NCBI GenBank assembly: GCA_965261255.1
Contig: CBDHCQ010000004.1
Coordinates: 2,104,076 to 2,168,075 of the forward strand
Source of the DNA: Rhodothermales bacterium
Lineage (GTDB): Bacteria; Bacteroidota; Rhodothermia; Rhodothermales; Bin80
Direction: 5' to 3'
DNA: 64,000 nucleotides
Part shown: piece by piece, positions 19,932 to 28,333 of the stretch
Layout of the letters: every line of letters begins with the position of its first letter
How positions within the stretch are numbered: position 1 is the first letter of the stretch
Made by a program: the position numbers and the translations under genes
The notes under the pieces: model-generated
Told to the model about the DNA's origin: nothing
Seen by the model: only the letters and a program-made list of their open reading frames with translations
Database searches by the model: none

Positions 19932-20675
19932 TTATGTGCCGGAATCATACGGTCGCCGACCGCGAATGGTAATACTGGCAAGTCCATCCTGCTCACTAAT
20001 AACTTCGAGAGACCGAAACTGGACCACTTCCAGTTCTCCAAGGCCCGCGGCAGCAATCAACTGCATGTAGGATTCCTTTTCCGCTGCTCCAGCAACACAA
20101 CCGGCCGCTTCTTCCGCCCTGCGCAAGAGTTCAGGGTCTGGACTGCCCACCGTTACAACATCTGATATTACAAAACGACCACCTGGACGAAGTACCCGGA
20201 AAATTTCAGCATAAGCTCGCGCCTTGTTAGGTACTAGGTTGATCGTGCAATTACTGATTACCACATCAATCGAGGAATCTTCAATCGGCAATTGTTCAAT
20301 GTCTCCCTGGAGAAAAATCACATTATCGGCCCCAATAGCTGCAGCATTTTTCTCTGCTCGTGCGACCATGGATGGAGTGAAGTCTACACCGATAATTTTC
20401 CCCTTTGCCCCCACTAGTGGCGCGGCTATCATGGCATCCAAGCCTGCACCGCTCCCTAGATCAAGTGCGGTTTCGCCAAACTGCAACTCCGCATGATCCA
20501 CTGGTGTGCCACAGCCCAAGCCTAAATCGGCATCTGCCTGGTAGCCGGCTTTATCCCGATAATCGGCCTGATCCACCATGCAGTAGCACGGATCCCTCTG
20601 CCCCCGTGCAATTGCATCGTACTTTTCTTGTACGGTCCCCTTCACCGCACAGCATGATTCAATAAGCTGGGACAT
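19932..20675 (-). CDS. arsM: Arsenite S-adenosylmethionine methyltransferase
   Basis: Carries GLGCGTP...LDLGSGAGLD...IGVDFTPSMV...DVVISNCTINLVPNK...LRPGGRFVISD plus N-terminal Cys pairs (SCCAV, PCYC). The likely start is MSQLIES (20675) rather than the track ATG at 20735. Confidence 0.75.
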   Translation of the reverse strand: MSQLIESCCAVKGTVQEKYDAIARGQRDPCYCMVDQADYRDKAGYQADADLGLGCGTPVDHAELQFGETALDLGSGAGLDAMIAAPLVGAKGKIIGVDFTPSMVARAEKNAAAIGADNVIFLQGDIEQLPIEDSSIDVVISNCTINLVPNKARAYAEIFRVLRPGGRFVISDVVTVGSPDPELLRRAEEAAGCVAGAAEKESYMQLIAAAGLGELEVVQFRSLEVISEQDGLASITIRGRRPYDSGT

Positions 20676-20764
20676 CACAGATTGTCGAACTTGAACGGCA
20701 TGTACTACCACAATAAACTGAACGTGTTCGTCCAAAGATTGACTCCCTAGAGTCTACACGAGAA

Positions 20765-22564
20765 TCATCCCTCTGTAACCAATGAGCCAACTGGCAACTG
20801 CTCCTGCTCACGATACTGCAACTCATAAAGCGTTTGATAGAGTCCACCGGCAGCAACGAGTTCATCGTGTGTGCCCTGCTCACGCAAAAGACCCTTATGC
20901 AGAACGAGAATAGAATCCGCGTAACGAATGGTAGATAGCCGATGTGCAACCACTAGAGAGGTCCGGCCCTGTAGAGTTCTCTCTAGTGCGCGCTGGATCA
21001 TCTGTTCCGTTTCTGTGTCAATACTTGATGTTGCTTCGTCGAGCACCAGAATATTCGGATCGTGTGCCAGAACCCGAGCAAACGACAGCAACTGCCTCTG
21101 ACCTTGTGAGAGCGACGATCCACGCTCACGTACATCATTATCGTACCCGTTCGGTAGTTGTTCAATAAATTTATCGGCGCCGACAGCTTCTGCGGCCTGT
21201 TTGACATTGTCAAATGTAATACCGGGGCTATCCAGCGCAATGTTGCGAGCTACCGATCCAGAAAAGAGAAATACATCCTGCTGTACTAGCCCTATACGCC
21301 AGCGGAGATACCTGAGCCGGAACGTACGAATGTCCTGACCATCCAGCAGAATGCGACCTTTCTGAATATCGTAAAATCGCATCAGTAGGCTGATGATCGT
21401 TGTTTTTCCACTGCCGGTCGCTCCTACGATTGCCACATCCTGCCCACGCCTGATCTTGAAAGAAACTCCCCGAAGCACCCAGTCTGGTGTGCCATCATCA
21501 TGGTTCTTGTAAGCAAACCAGACATTGTCGAAAACTATCTCTCCCTCCAGGCGATCCTGTGGAATCTGCTTCTCCACCTGTGGTAATGACTGATCATTAT
21601 CCAGGATATCAAAGATGCGCTCGGCCCCTGCCATAGCTCCCTGAAGCGTATTGAACTGCTCGGACAGATTACGAATAGGTTCAAAGAACTGTCGGCAATA
21701 CTGCACGAATGCAATGAGAATCCCAACAGTGATTGCACCGCTAAGTGCGCTTACCCCACCGGTCCAAAGCACAAATCCAATCGCTGTTGAGGCAATGATG
21801 TCTACTGCAGGCCAGAAGAGTGAATGAAAGAATACCGTCTTGAGCTGTGCAATTTGATGCTGATCATTTATTTTCTCAAAACGATTCATCTCCACCTTCT
21901 CCCGCCCAAAAAGCTGCACAATCTGCATCCCCGTAACATGCTCCTGCATGAAAGAATTCAGACGTGCTACCTGCTTCCGAGTTTCCCTGTATTGCCCACG
22001 TACATTGCGCTTGAACCATAAGGTTACAAGTAACATAAAGGGCATAACACATAGCGTTACAAGCGCCAGTACCCAGTTCAAACTGAACATAAAGGCTGCT
22101 ATAAATAACAGTTTGAACATATCGCCCATGATTACTACAACTCCCGCGGACAAGACATCTGCAAGTGCTTCGACATCTGAGGTCGTGCGCGTAATCAAGC
22201 GCCCGATTGGCGTCCGGTCAAAGAATGACAGAGATTGCTGCTGCACATGCCGAAATACGCGTACACGCACATCGTAAATAGCCTGCTGCCCTATCCACTG
22301 TGTGAAGTAAGCATTTACATAGCTCAGTGCCCCCTCCAGCGCAAGGACCCCTATCAATACGGTCATCAATATGACTAAGCCATCCAATTCTCCGGGTACG
22401 ATGTGATTGTCTATGGCCAGTTGGATTAACCATGGACGAAGTGGCCCCAGGAACGACACAAGCAGCACTAGGCAAAATGCTAGGATTACCCAATGCTTAT
22501 AGGGCATCAGGTATCCGATGATACGCCCGAGTAGCCGTCGATCCAAGCCCTTTTCCGTATTCAT
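20765..22564 (-). CDS. ABC exporter, fused permease/ATPase (type I exporter half-transporter)
   Basis: It has six TM helices and an NBD with Walker A GATGSGKTT, signature LSQGQRQ and Walker B ILVLDEATS. Confidence 0.9.
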   Translation of the reverse strand: MNTEKGLDRRLLGRIIGYLMPYKHWVILAFCLVLLVSFLGPLRPWLIQLAIDNHIVPGELDGLVILMTVLIGVLALEGALSYVNAYFTQWIGQQAIYDVRVRVFRHVQQQSLSFFDRTPIGRLITRTTSDVEALADVLSAGVVVIMGDMFKLLFIAAFMFSLNWVLALVTLCVMPFMLLVTLWFKRNVRGQYRETRKQVARLNSFMQEHVTGMQIVQLFGREKVEMNRFEKINDQHQIAQLKTVFFHSLFWPAVDIIASTAIGFVLWTGGVSALSGAITVGILIAFVQYCRQFFEPIRNLSEQFNTLQGAMAGAERIFDILDNDQSLPQVEKQIPQDRLEGEIVFDNVWFAYKNHDDGTPDWVLRGVSFKIRRGQDVAIVGATGSGKTTIISLLMRFYDIQKGRILLDGQDIRTFRLRYLRWRIGLVQQDVFLFSGSVARNIALDSPGITFDNVKQAAEAVGADKFIEQLPNGYDNDVRERGSSLSQGQRQLLSFARVLAHDPNILVLDEATSSIDTETEQMIQRALERTLQGRTSLVVAHRLSTIRYADSILVLHKGLLREQGTHDELVAAGGLYQTLYELQYREQEQLPVGSLVTEG

Positions 22565-23511
22565 CTGGCAATACCAGCTTCTTGCTTTGCGCGCACGGCC
22601 AAAACGTCGTACACATTGTATTCGCGCGCAATCGCTGAATCAGGGAAAATCACCCGTGCTTCCTCCTCAAGTACCGATAAATCCGAATATCGGGAGCTGA
22701 AATGGGTCAGCAGCAAATTCTTCACACCAGCCTCAATGGCCACTGAGGCCGCTCCAGCGGTGGTAGTATGGCCAGTAGACCAGGCGAGTGCTTCGTGTTC
22801 CTGGCTGAATGTGGCTTCGTGCAAAAGTAGGTTGGCCCCCTTCGCCAATTCAAGTCCTCCCGCACACGGGCGTGTATCTGTCACATACGCGAAAACTGAC
22901 TGCAACCGTGATGTGTCCTCCACCTCCTTCGGAGTTACTACCTGACCTCCCATTATCCGGACTGATTTACCCGTCGCTAGTGAGCGAAACTGCTCACTAT
23001 TGTTGATACCAAGCATTCGTGCCCGTTCAACGTCAATTTTTTTCTTCGGCCCATATTTAGTAACGCGATAACCTATACAGAATGCGCCATGATCAAGTGG
23101 TCGAGCGTTCACACGCAGCTGATTTTCTCTGTATACCTCCTCATGCTCAAAGCCCTCTTCGACTTTTACGTAATTGATCCGAAAACTGAGCGCCAACGGA
23201 GTAAGCCCCGGTATAGCACTCACGATGCTGGGGAGTTGCTCTGGCCCCACGATAGTTAACGAAGTGTCTCGACGTGCCAACGACATAGAGAATAGGAGTC
23301 CAAAAAGACCCATAAGATGATCTCCATGCAAATGCGAAATCAATATTGCTTTGATCCGGCTATGGCGTATCCCAGCTTTCTTCAGCCGAAACTGGGTTCC
23401 GTCCCCGCAATCAAACAGCAATACGCTTCCATCACTTCGCAATACATGTGCGGATAGGCCACGCTTCTTGACGAGCGTTGCAGAAGATGTCCCCAAAGGT
23501 ATCAGTTCCAT
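22561..23511 (-). CDS. rnz: Ribonuclease Z (metallo-beta-lactamase fold)
   Basis: Carries MELIPLGTSS, LLFDCGDGTQ and HLHGDH motifs. The likely start is MELIPLG (23511). The stop overlaps the downstream ABC gene start by 4 nt. Confidence 0.75.
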   Translation of the reverse strand: MELIPLGTSSATLVKKRGLSAHVLRSDGSVLLFDCGDGTQFRLKKAGIRHSRIKAILISHLHGDHLMGLFGLLFSMSLARRDTSLTIVGPEQLPSIVSAIPGLTPLALSFRINYVKVEEGFEHEEVYRENQLRVNARPLDHGAFCIGYRVTKYGPKKKIDVERARMLGINNSEQFRSLATGKSVRIMGGQVVTPKEVEDTSRLQSVFAYVTDTRPCAGGLELAKGANLLLHEATFSQEHEALAWSTGHTTTAGAASVAIEAGVKNLLLTHFSSRYSDLSVLEEEARVIFPDSAIAREYNVYDVLAVRAKQEAGIAR

Positions 23512-23515
23512 GTAC

Positions 23516-25318
23516 CTACTGAATTGCTTCAAGCCTGGCTTCAAGGAGTTGCCGCCGGTGCATCTGTGCGTAAAGCCCTTCCTGATCTACCAAGGATTCA
23601 TGCGTTCCACGCTCAACCAAGGAACCCTCATCCAGAACAAGAATCTGATCCAGATCCTGTATGCTAGAGATTCGATGACTCACCAGGATCATCGAATGCT
23701 GACCCTGCCTGCGACGTAAGTGTTCAAGAATCCGAGTCTCCGTATTTGCATCTACGCTGCTCAAGGCATCATCCATGATCAGTATTTTCGGTTCTCGAAT
23801 AAGAGCGCGCGCGATTGTGGTCCGCTGGGCTTGTCCGCCGGAAAGCGAAACCCCCCGTTCCCCTACTCCGCTGTTCAGCCCTTCGGAAAATTCCAGTACG
23901 GTCTCCAGCAACTCTGCCTCAAACGCCGCCTGTCGGATTTCTTCCTCTGATGCTCCGACAGTACCAAATGCGATGTTGTTGCCTATTGTACCACTGAATA
24001 GAAACACATCCTGAGCAACATAGCCAATACTTTCTCTGACTACACTGAGAGGCAGATCACGTAAATCCCTGCCATCAATCAGTATACGCCCCTCGGTTGG
24101 CTCAACCAAGCGAACAATCAACTCAATCAGCGTAGTCTTTCCCGCCCCGGTTCTTCCAACTATGGCCAAACTTGCTCCTGGACGCAATTCAAACGACACA
24201 TTTCGGAGAGCGTAGGGTAAGCCCTCCGCGTATCTGAACGACACGTTCTCAAACGTCACATGCCCTTGCAGCTTGGTAACTGAATAGTCCGTTCTGGAAC
24301 CGTCGGAAATGTCCGGCTCTTCGTCGAGTACCTCGTATATGCGTTCAGAGGAAGCGCTGGCACGCTGCATCATGGAAATCACCAAGCCAAACGCAGCGAT
24401 TGGCCAAGTCATGAGCCCCACGTAGATAATGTATTCCGCAATATTGCCAATCGTAATCACGCCTTCAGTAACTAGGCGTCCGCCCACCCAGACAACCATG
24501 ACCTGTGATAGACCAACGACAACAACAAAGATTGGCCGCCACGCCGCCTCTACACGTGCAAGTCCAAGCATTCGTGATTTGTAGAGCGTACTTTCTTCCT
24601 CAAAAGCTTCAGTCTCGGTTTTCTCCCGTGCGTAGGCTTTGACGAGCCGAATACCTGCGAGTGTCTCCTGAACGCGACTGGTAAGCTGTGCGTACTGGCG
24701 CTGGAGTGCTTCACTCCGCTTGTGTACATAGTGGGCAACGAGAAAGATTGCCACACCAAGTATTGACAACGGCATGAGTGCGTAGAGCGTCAGCGTCGGC
24801 GAGATAATAAGCATCGTAACGACGGCTACAATCACGATTACTAGCGCCCGCGTGGAATACATGATCGCCGGACCAATATAGCGGCGTACCTGCTCAATAT
24901 CACTCGTTGAACGTGTTATTACATCCCCGGTCTTCGTGCGATTGTAGAAACTGGCTGAAAGCTTCTGTAAATGGTCGTATAGTGTATTGCGCATATCAAA
25001 CTCGATATGACGCGAGGCTACGATCACAGTTTGCCGCATCAGAAACGAAAACAGGCCACTCACCAGGCTTAGGCCGATGATGATCAACCCAAAGATCAAC
25101 AGTGTCCAGAAAATCTCCCAATACAACGAATGCTGTAAAACTGTCCCCTGGAATTGTCGATACAGCACTTCAAAGCGAGGAATACTGTCTACTGCCTGTC
25201 GAACCACAACGGGTACAGCAATCGCGAAAATTGCTGAGATCATCGTAAACAGTAGGCCCGGTACGAACAGACGCCAATAGCGTATAAAATAGTGGTTTAA
25301 CCGGGCGAGCGAGTGCAT
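23516..25318 (-). CDS. ABC exporter, fused permease/ATPase (partner half-transporter)
   Basis: It has six TM helices and an NBD with GRTGAGKTT, LSGGQAQR and ILIMDDALS. Confidence 0.9.
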   Translation of the reverse strand: MHSLARLNHYFIRYWRLFVPGLLFTMISAIFAIAVPVVVRQAVDSIPRFEVLYRQFQGTVLQHSLYWEIFWTLLIFGLIIIGLSLVSGLFSFLMRQTVIVASRHIEFDMRNTLYDHLQKLSASFYNRTKTGDVITRSTSDIEQVRRYIGPAIMYSTRALVIVIVAVVTMLIISPTLTLYALMPLSILGVAIFLVAHYVHKRSEALQRQYAQLTSRVQETLAGIRLVKAYAREKTETEAFEEESTLYKSRMLGLARVEAAWRPIFVVVVGLSQVMVVWVGGRLVTEGVITIGNIAEYIIYVGLMTWPIAAFGLVISMMQRASASSERIYEVLDEEPDISDGSRTDYSVTKLQGHVTFENVSFRYAEGLPYALRNVSFELRPGASLAIVGRTGAGKTTLIELIVRLVEPTEGRILIDGRDLRDLPLSVVRESIGYVAQDVFLFSGTIGNNIAFGTVGASEEEIRQAAFEAELLETVLEFSEGLNSGVGERGVSLSGGQAQRTTIARALIREPKILIMDDALSSVDANTETRILEHLRRRQGQHSMILVSHRISSIQDLDQILVLDEGSLVERGTHESLVDQEGLYAQMHRRQLLEARLEAIQ

Positions 25319-25422
25319 TTTTATTTATCTCCTGAGCAGCGGCAAACGAAATTCAGCAATCTCGGATCCGCAAATCAACCATACACGTAACCCAATATAT
25401 ACGAAGATCACCGAATACACTC

Positions 25423-26316
25423 ATGAATACAAAACTGAAAAATATCCGCCTGATTGGAGTCCCAATGGATTTGGGCCAGGATCTGCGTGGGGTCGATGTA
25501 GGACCCAGTGCTCTTCGCTATACAGGGCTCGCGGAACGCCTGCGCCGGTTAGGACACCGAGTTGAAGACTGTGGCAATATTCCAACTGCACTGCAGACCT
25601 CGTTCTCGGTAAATGAGGACTATACAGAGGCCATCCGGGATGCCTGCGACCTGCTTTACACTGAAGTTTCCCGCACCGTTGCCGAAGGCTACTTTCCATT
25701 GGTAATGGGAGGAGATCATTCAATTGCTATCGGCAGTATAGGAGGGACAACACGCGATGCGCCAACGGGTGTAATCTGGATTGATGCCCACGCAGACTTA
25801 AACACCCCGACCTCCTCCCCCAGCGGAAATATTCACGGCATGTCTCTCGCAGTCCTTTGCGGATCAGGAGATGACCGGTTAGTCAACGTTGGCCACCCCG
25901 GCCCCAAGCTCCGCTTGGAAGACGTAGCCATCATTGCGCTGCGGGATATTGATGCAGAAGAACGCCGCGTTCTGCGTGAATCCGAATTGGGCATTTATAC
26001 CATGCGGGATATTGACGAGCGCGGGATCGGAGAAGTTACAAGGGAAGCACTCAACCAACTGAGAAACCATAACCGATTACATGTGAGCTTTGATGTAGAC
26101 AGCATTGATCCGCATTTTGCACCAGGTGTAGGGACGCCTGTAGAGGGTGGACTCAATCCACGCGAGGCACATCTGTTAATGGAACTCATTGCCGAGGATG
26201 GCCGCCTGGCCTCAGCCGAAGTTGTGGAAATCAACCCAATCATTGACGAGCACAACCGGACCGCTCAACTGGCAGCCGGACTCTTGACCTCACTGATGGG
26301 GAAAACCATACTATGA
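25423..26316 (+). CDS. rocF: Arginase
   Basis: Carries ureohydrolase Mn-site motifs GGDHSIAIGS, IWIDAHADLNTP...SGNIHGM, SFDVDSIDP and EVVEINP. Confidence 0.8.
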   Translation: MNTKLKNIRLIGVPMDLGQDLRGVDVGPSALRYTGLAERLRRLGHRVEDCGNIPTALQTSFSVNEDYTEAIRDACDLLYTEVSRTVAEGYFPLVMGGDHSIAIGSIGGTTRDAPTGVIWIDAHADLNTPTSSPSGNIHGMSLAVLCGSGDDRLVNVGHPGPKLRLEDVAIIALRDIDAEERRVLRESELGIYTMRDIDERGIGEVTREALNQLRNHNRLHVSFDVDSIDPHFAPGVGTPVEGGLNPREAHLLMELIAEDGRLASAEVVEINPIIDEHNRTAQLAAGLLTSLMGKTIL

Positions 26317-26423
26317 ATTCCTAGATGATAGCGCATCACTTGAAGCATAACAGTGCCGCCATGGTCAAATAATTTCTGATAATCCCCCGGCTCTGGTGCT
26401 TGTTATGTATCAGAACAAAATGC

Positions 26424-27056
26424 CTACCAACGCTCAGGCTTGTAAATCTCCGTATTGGGAATTGGATTGGGAAGCTGTGATTGCTTGAGTGCATTGTCTC
26501 GAATACGCCTGACGAAATCTGCATACTTTCTAAGCTGGGAGGAAGTATTGCGATATCCTGGGGTAACCACACCGATGCGAACTGAACCACGTTGCTTAAC
26601 CAAACGTAGTGCCTCAGCTATGTCGCTGTCGTTGGTGACCACTACTGCACAGTCATAAATCTCGCGCCAAGCATCGTTCAGAAGATGTACGGCAAGATTG
26701 ACGTCGGATCCCTTTTCTTCAGTCTTAATTACGCTGACCGTTTTTCGCTTCCGACTTGGTCGCGCTAGGGGCATCCGAACCTCGTGACTTAAAAAGTGCC
26801 CCAAATGAACTTCTACATTCGGTTGGTACATTTTCAAAGCGCGTAGATAAATATCCTGACGACGAGGCCCCTGTGGATTATTTGGCACGGCTGATACTTT
26901 TGCCGTAAAATACTTGACCTTCTGGATCTGGTGATGGGGCTGCAAAACTGTTCGAAATAAACGGGGCATGTCGAGCCACTTAAACCGTGTCCTCTTCAGG
27001 GATCCGTAGTAGAGGTTAAACCCATCTACGTAGATTGCAGTTTTCATGAATTTCAT
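26424..27056 (-). CDS. NYN (LabA/PIN-like) domain protein, putative RNase
   Basis: Carries TAIYVDGFNLYY near the N-terminus, EKGSDVNLAVHLL and VVVTNDSDIAEA, the acidic residues typical of NYN domains. Confidence 0.65.
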   Translation of the reverse strand: MKFMKTAIYVDGFNLYYGSLKRTRFKWLDMPRLFRTVLQPHHQIQKVKYFTAKVSAVPNNPQGPRRQDIYLRALKMYQPNVEVHLGHFLSHEVRMPLARPSRKRKTVSVIKTEEKGSDVNLAVHLLNDAWREIYDCAVVVTNDSDIAEALRLVKQRGSVRIGVVTPGYRNTSSQLRKYADFVRRIRDNALKQSQLPNPIPNTEIYKPERW

Positions 27057-27066
27057 ATAAAAAGCA

Positions 27067-27086
27067 AGGGCCTCCGAGGAGGCCCT
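27067..27086 (-). terminator. Rho-independent terminator-like hairpin (minus strand)
   Basis: AGGGCCTCC-GA-GGAGGCCCT is a perfect 9-bp GC-rich inverted repeat. On the minus strand it is followed by TTGCTTTTTAT. A second 7-bp hairpin (CCCTACG...CGTAGGG) lies at 27090..27111. Confidence 0.6.
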
Positions 27087-27329
27087 GCACCCTACGGTCG
27101 AAGGCGTAGGGGGGGTAAAGGTTTTGCGCGGAAATTACGTGCAGTAATCAACCACGCTGGGATGGTGTACGTACCTAATGCATGATTGTTCCCCGTCAAC
27201 TCGTTAATTTGCATCCCTGTAAGCCTTTGCACTTTAACCTTGCAAAGATAATCGTGACTTGGTTTTCATTTCAACTGTCTAACATCAACACGTATAGATT
27301 CAGTACGTCCTCGTTTCAAACCGCTGCAT

Positions 27330-27974
27330 TCAGGCCATCACATGTACGCCGCGGGTTACTGCCGCTTCGACAAATTCTTCTCGGCCGCCAACCTGTATTT
27401 TCATACCATCCTTGCCGCGCACCACAATTCGTACCCTGCATCCTGGCATTAAGCCGATACGCTCTAGCAAGTGGAGAAGCGCTGTATCCTCATCTGAGAC
27501 ATGGTGAATCACCAGGGCTTCGTCAACAGGAGCTTCTGAAAGTGCAATGGTTTCTGCACGGACCAGCCTTAGGTCCTGTGTAGGAATTGGATGTCCATGC
27601 GGATCATGTGTAGGATACCCCAACAGGGCATCAATCCGCTGTTCAAAATCCTCAGAGATATGATGCTCCAAGTGCTCCGCCTCCTCGTGCATTTTTTGCC
27701 ACGAGTAGCCCATAACTTCTTTCAGATAAGTCTCTAACAGGCGATGATGGCGAATGATTTCCAGCGCTATCTTTTCGCCTGCCGCGGTAAGCCTTACTCC
27801 TTTGTAAGATTCATGCACAACCAGCCGCATGCGATCCAGCCGCTTAATCATGCCCGTAACAGACGCCGCGGAAACTTTCATTGCGCGTGCAATATCAGTC
27901 GTGGCAACCACAGAAGACTCTTCCTGCAGTGTGAAGATTGCTTTCAAGTAATCCTGTACAGCTTGACTAAGCAT
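27330..27974 (-). CDS. DtxR/MntR-family metal-dependent transcriptional regulator with a C-terminal FeoA/SH3-like domain
   Basis: The N-terminal wHTH (QDYLKAIFTLQEE...ARAMKVSAASVTGMIKRL) and the metal-binding/dimerisation region (IIRHHRLLETYL) match the family. Confidence 0.85.
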   Translation of the reverse strand: MLSQAVQDYLKAIFTLQEESSVVATTDIARAMKVSAASVTGMIKRLDRMRLVVHESYKGVRLTAAGEKIALEIIRHHRLLETYLKEVMGYSWQKMHEEAEHLEHHISEDFEQRIDALLGYPTHDPHGHPIPTQDLRLVRAETIALSEAPVDEALVIHHVSDEDTALLHLLERIGLMPGCRVRIVVRGKDGMKIQVGGREEFVEAAVTRGVHVMA

Positions 27975-28333
27975 CAGTGCAATGCAACAGCAACATGTAA
28001 CGTGTAGAAATTATAGATCTGAAATCCACACCAAACTCCAATAAACACCAATTTCATGGGGTTTGCAAGAGACGCACCGGTCAAATCAAAAATAGACACC
28101 CCTCAATGATAGTAGACCGCCTTGGTTTACGGAACGAACGTAGGCAATAGTATAGGCAATGGTGAGAAACTTTATGTGTAAGGACCCAATCATGCTATCA
28201 AAGGCACACGCAATGCCCGGTACCTTGTCGGACCAGTATTGATGCCGATCTGAGCCATCAGACAGGCACGCCCTAAATCTTGGAAGTCTTGTTAGTCCGC
28301 GCATAAACCACGTTAGGCTGTAAAAATACGGTC

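Noticed and set aside
27182-27583. A 133-aa + strand ORF spanning the mntR 3' region.
   Set aside because: It overlaps the well-supported DtxR-family gene antisense, has odd composition, and has no recognisable domain.
28141-28160. The direct repeat TAGGCAAT-AGTA-TAGGCAAT upstream of the DtxR/MntR-family gene, considered as a possible operator.
   Set aside because: DtxR/MntR boxes are palindromic (TTAGG...CCTAA type). This is a direct repeat with no inverted partner and lies about 170 nt from the start codon. That is too weak to call.
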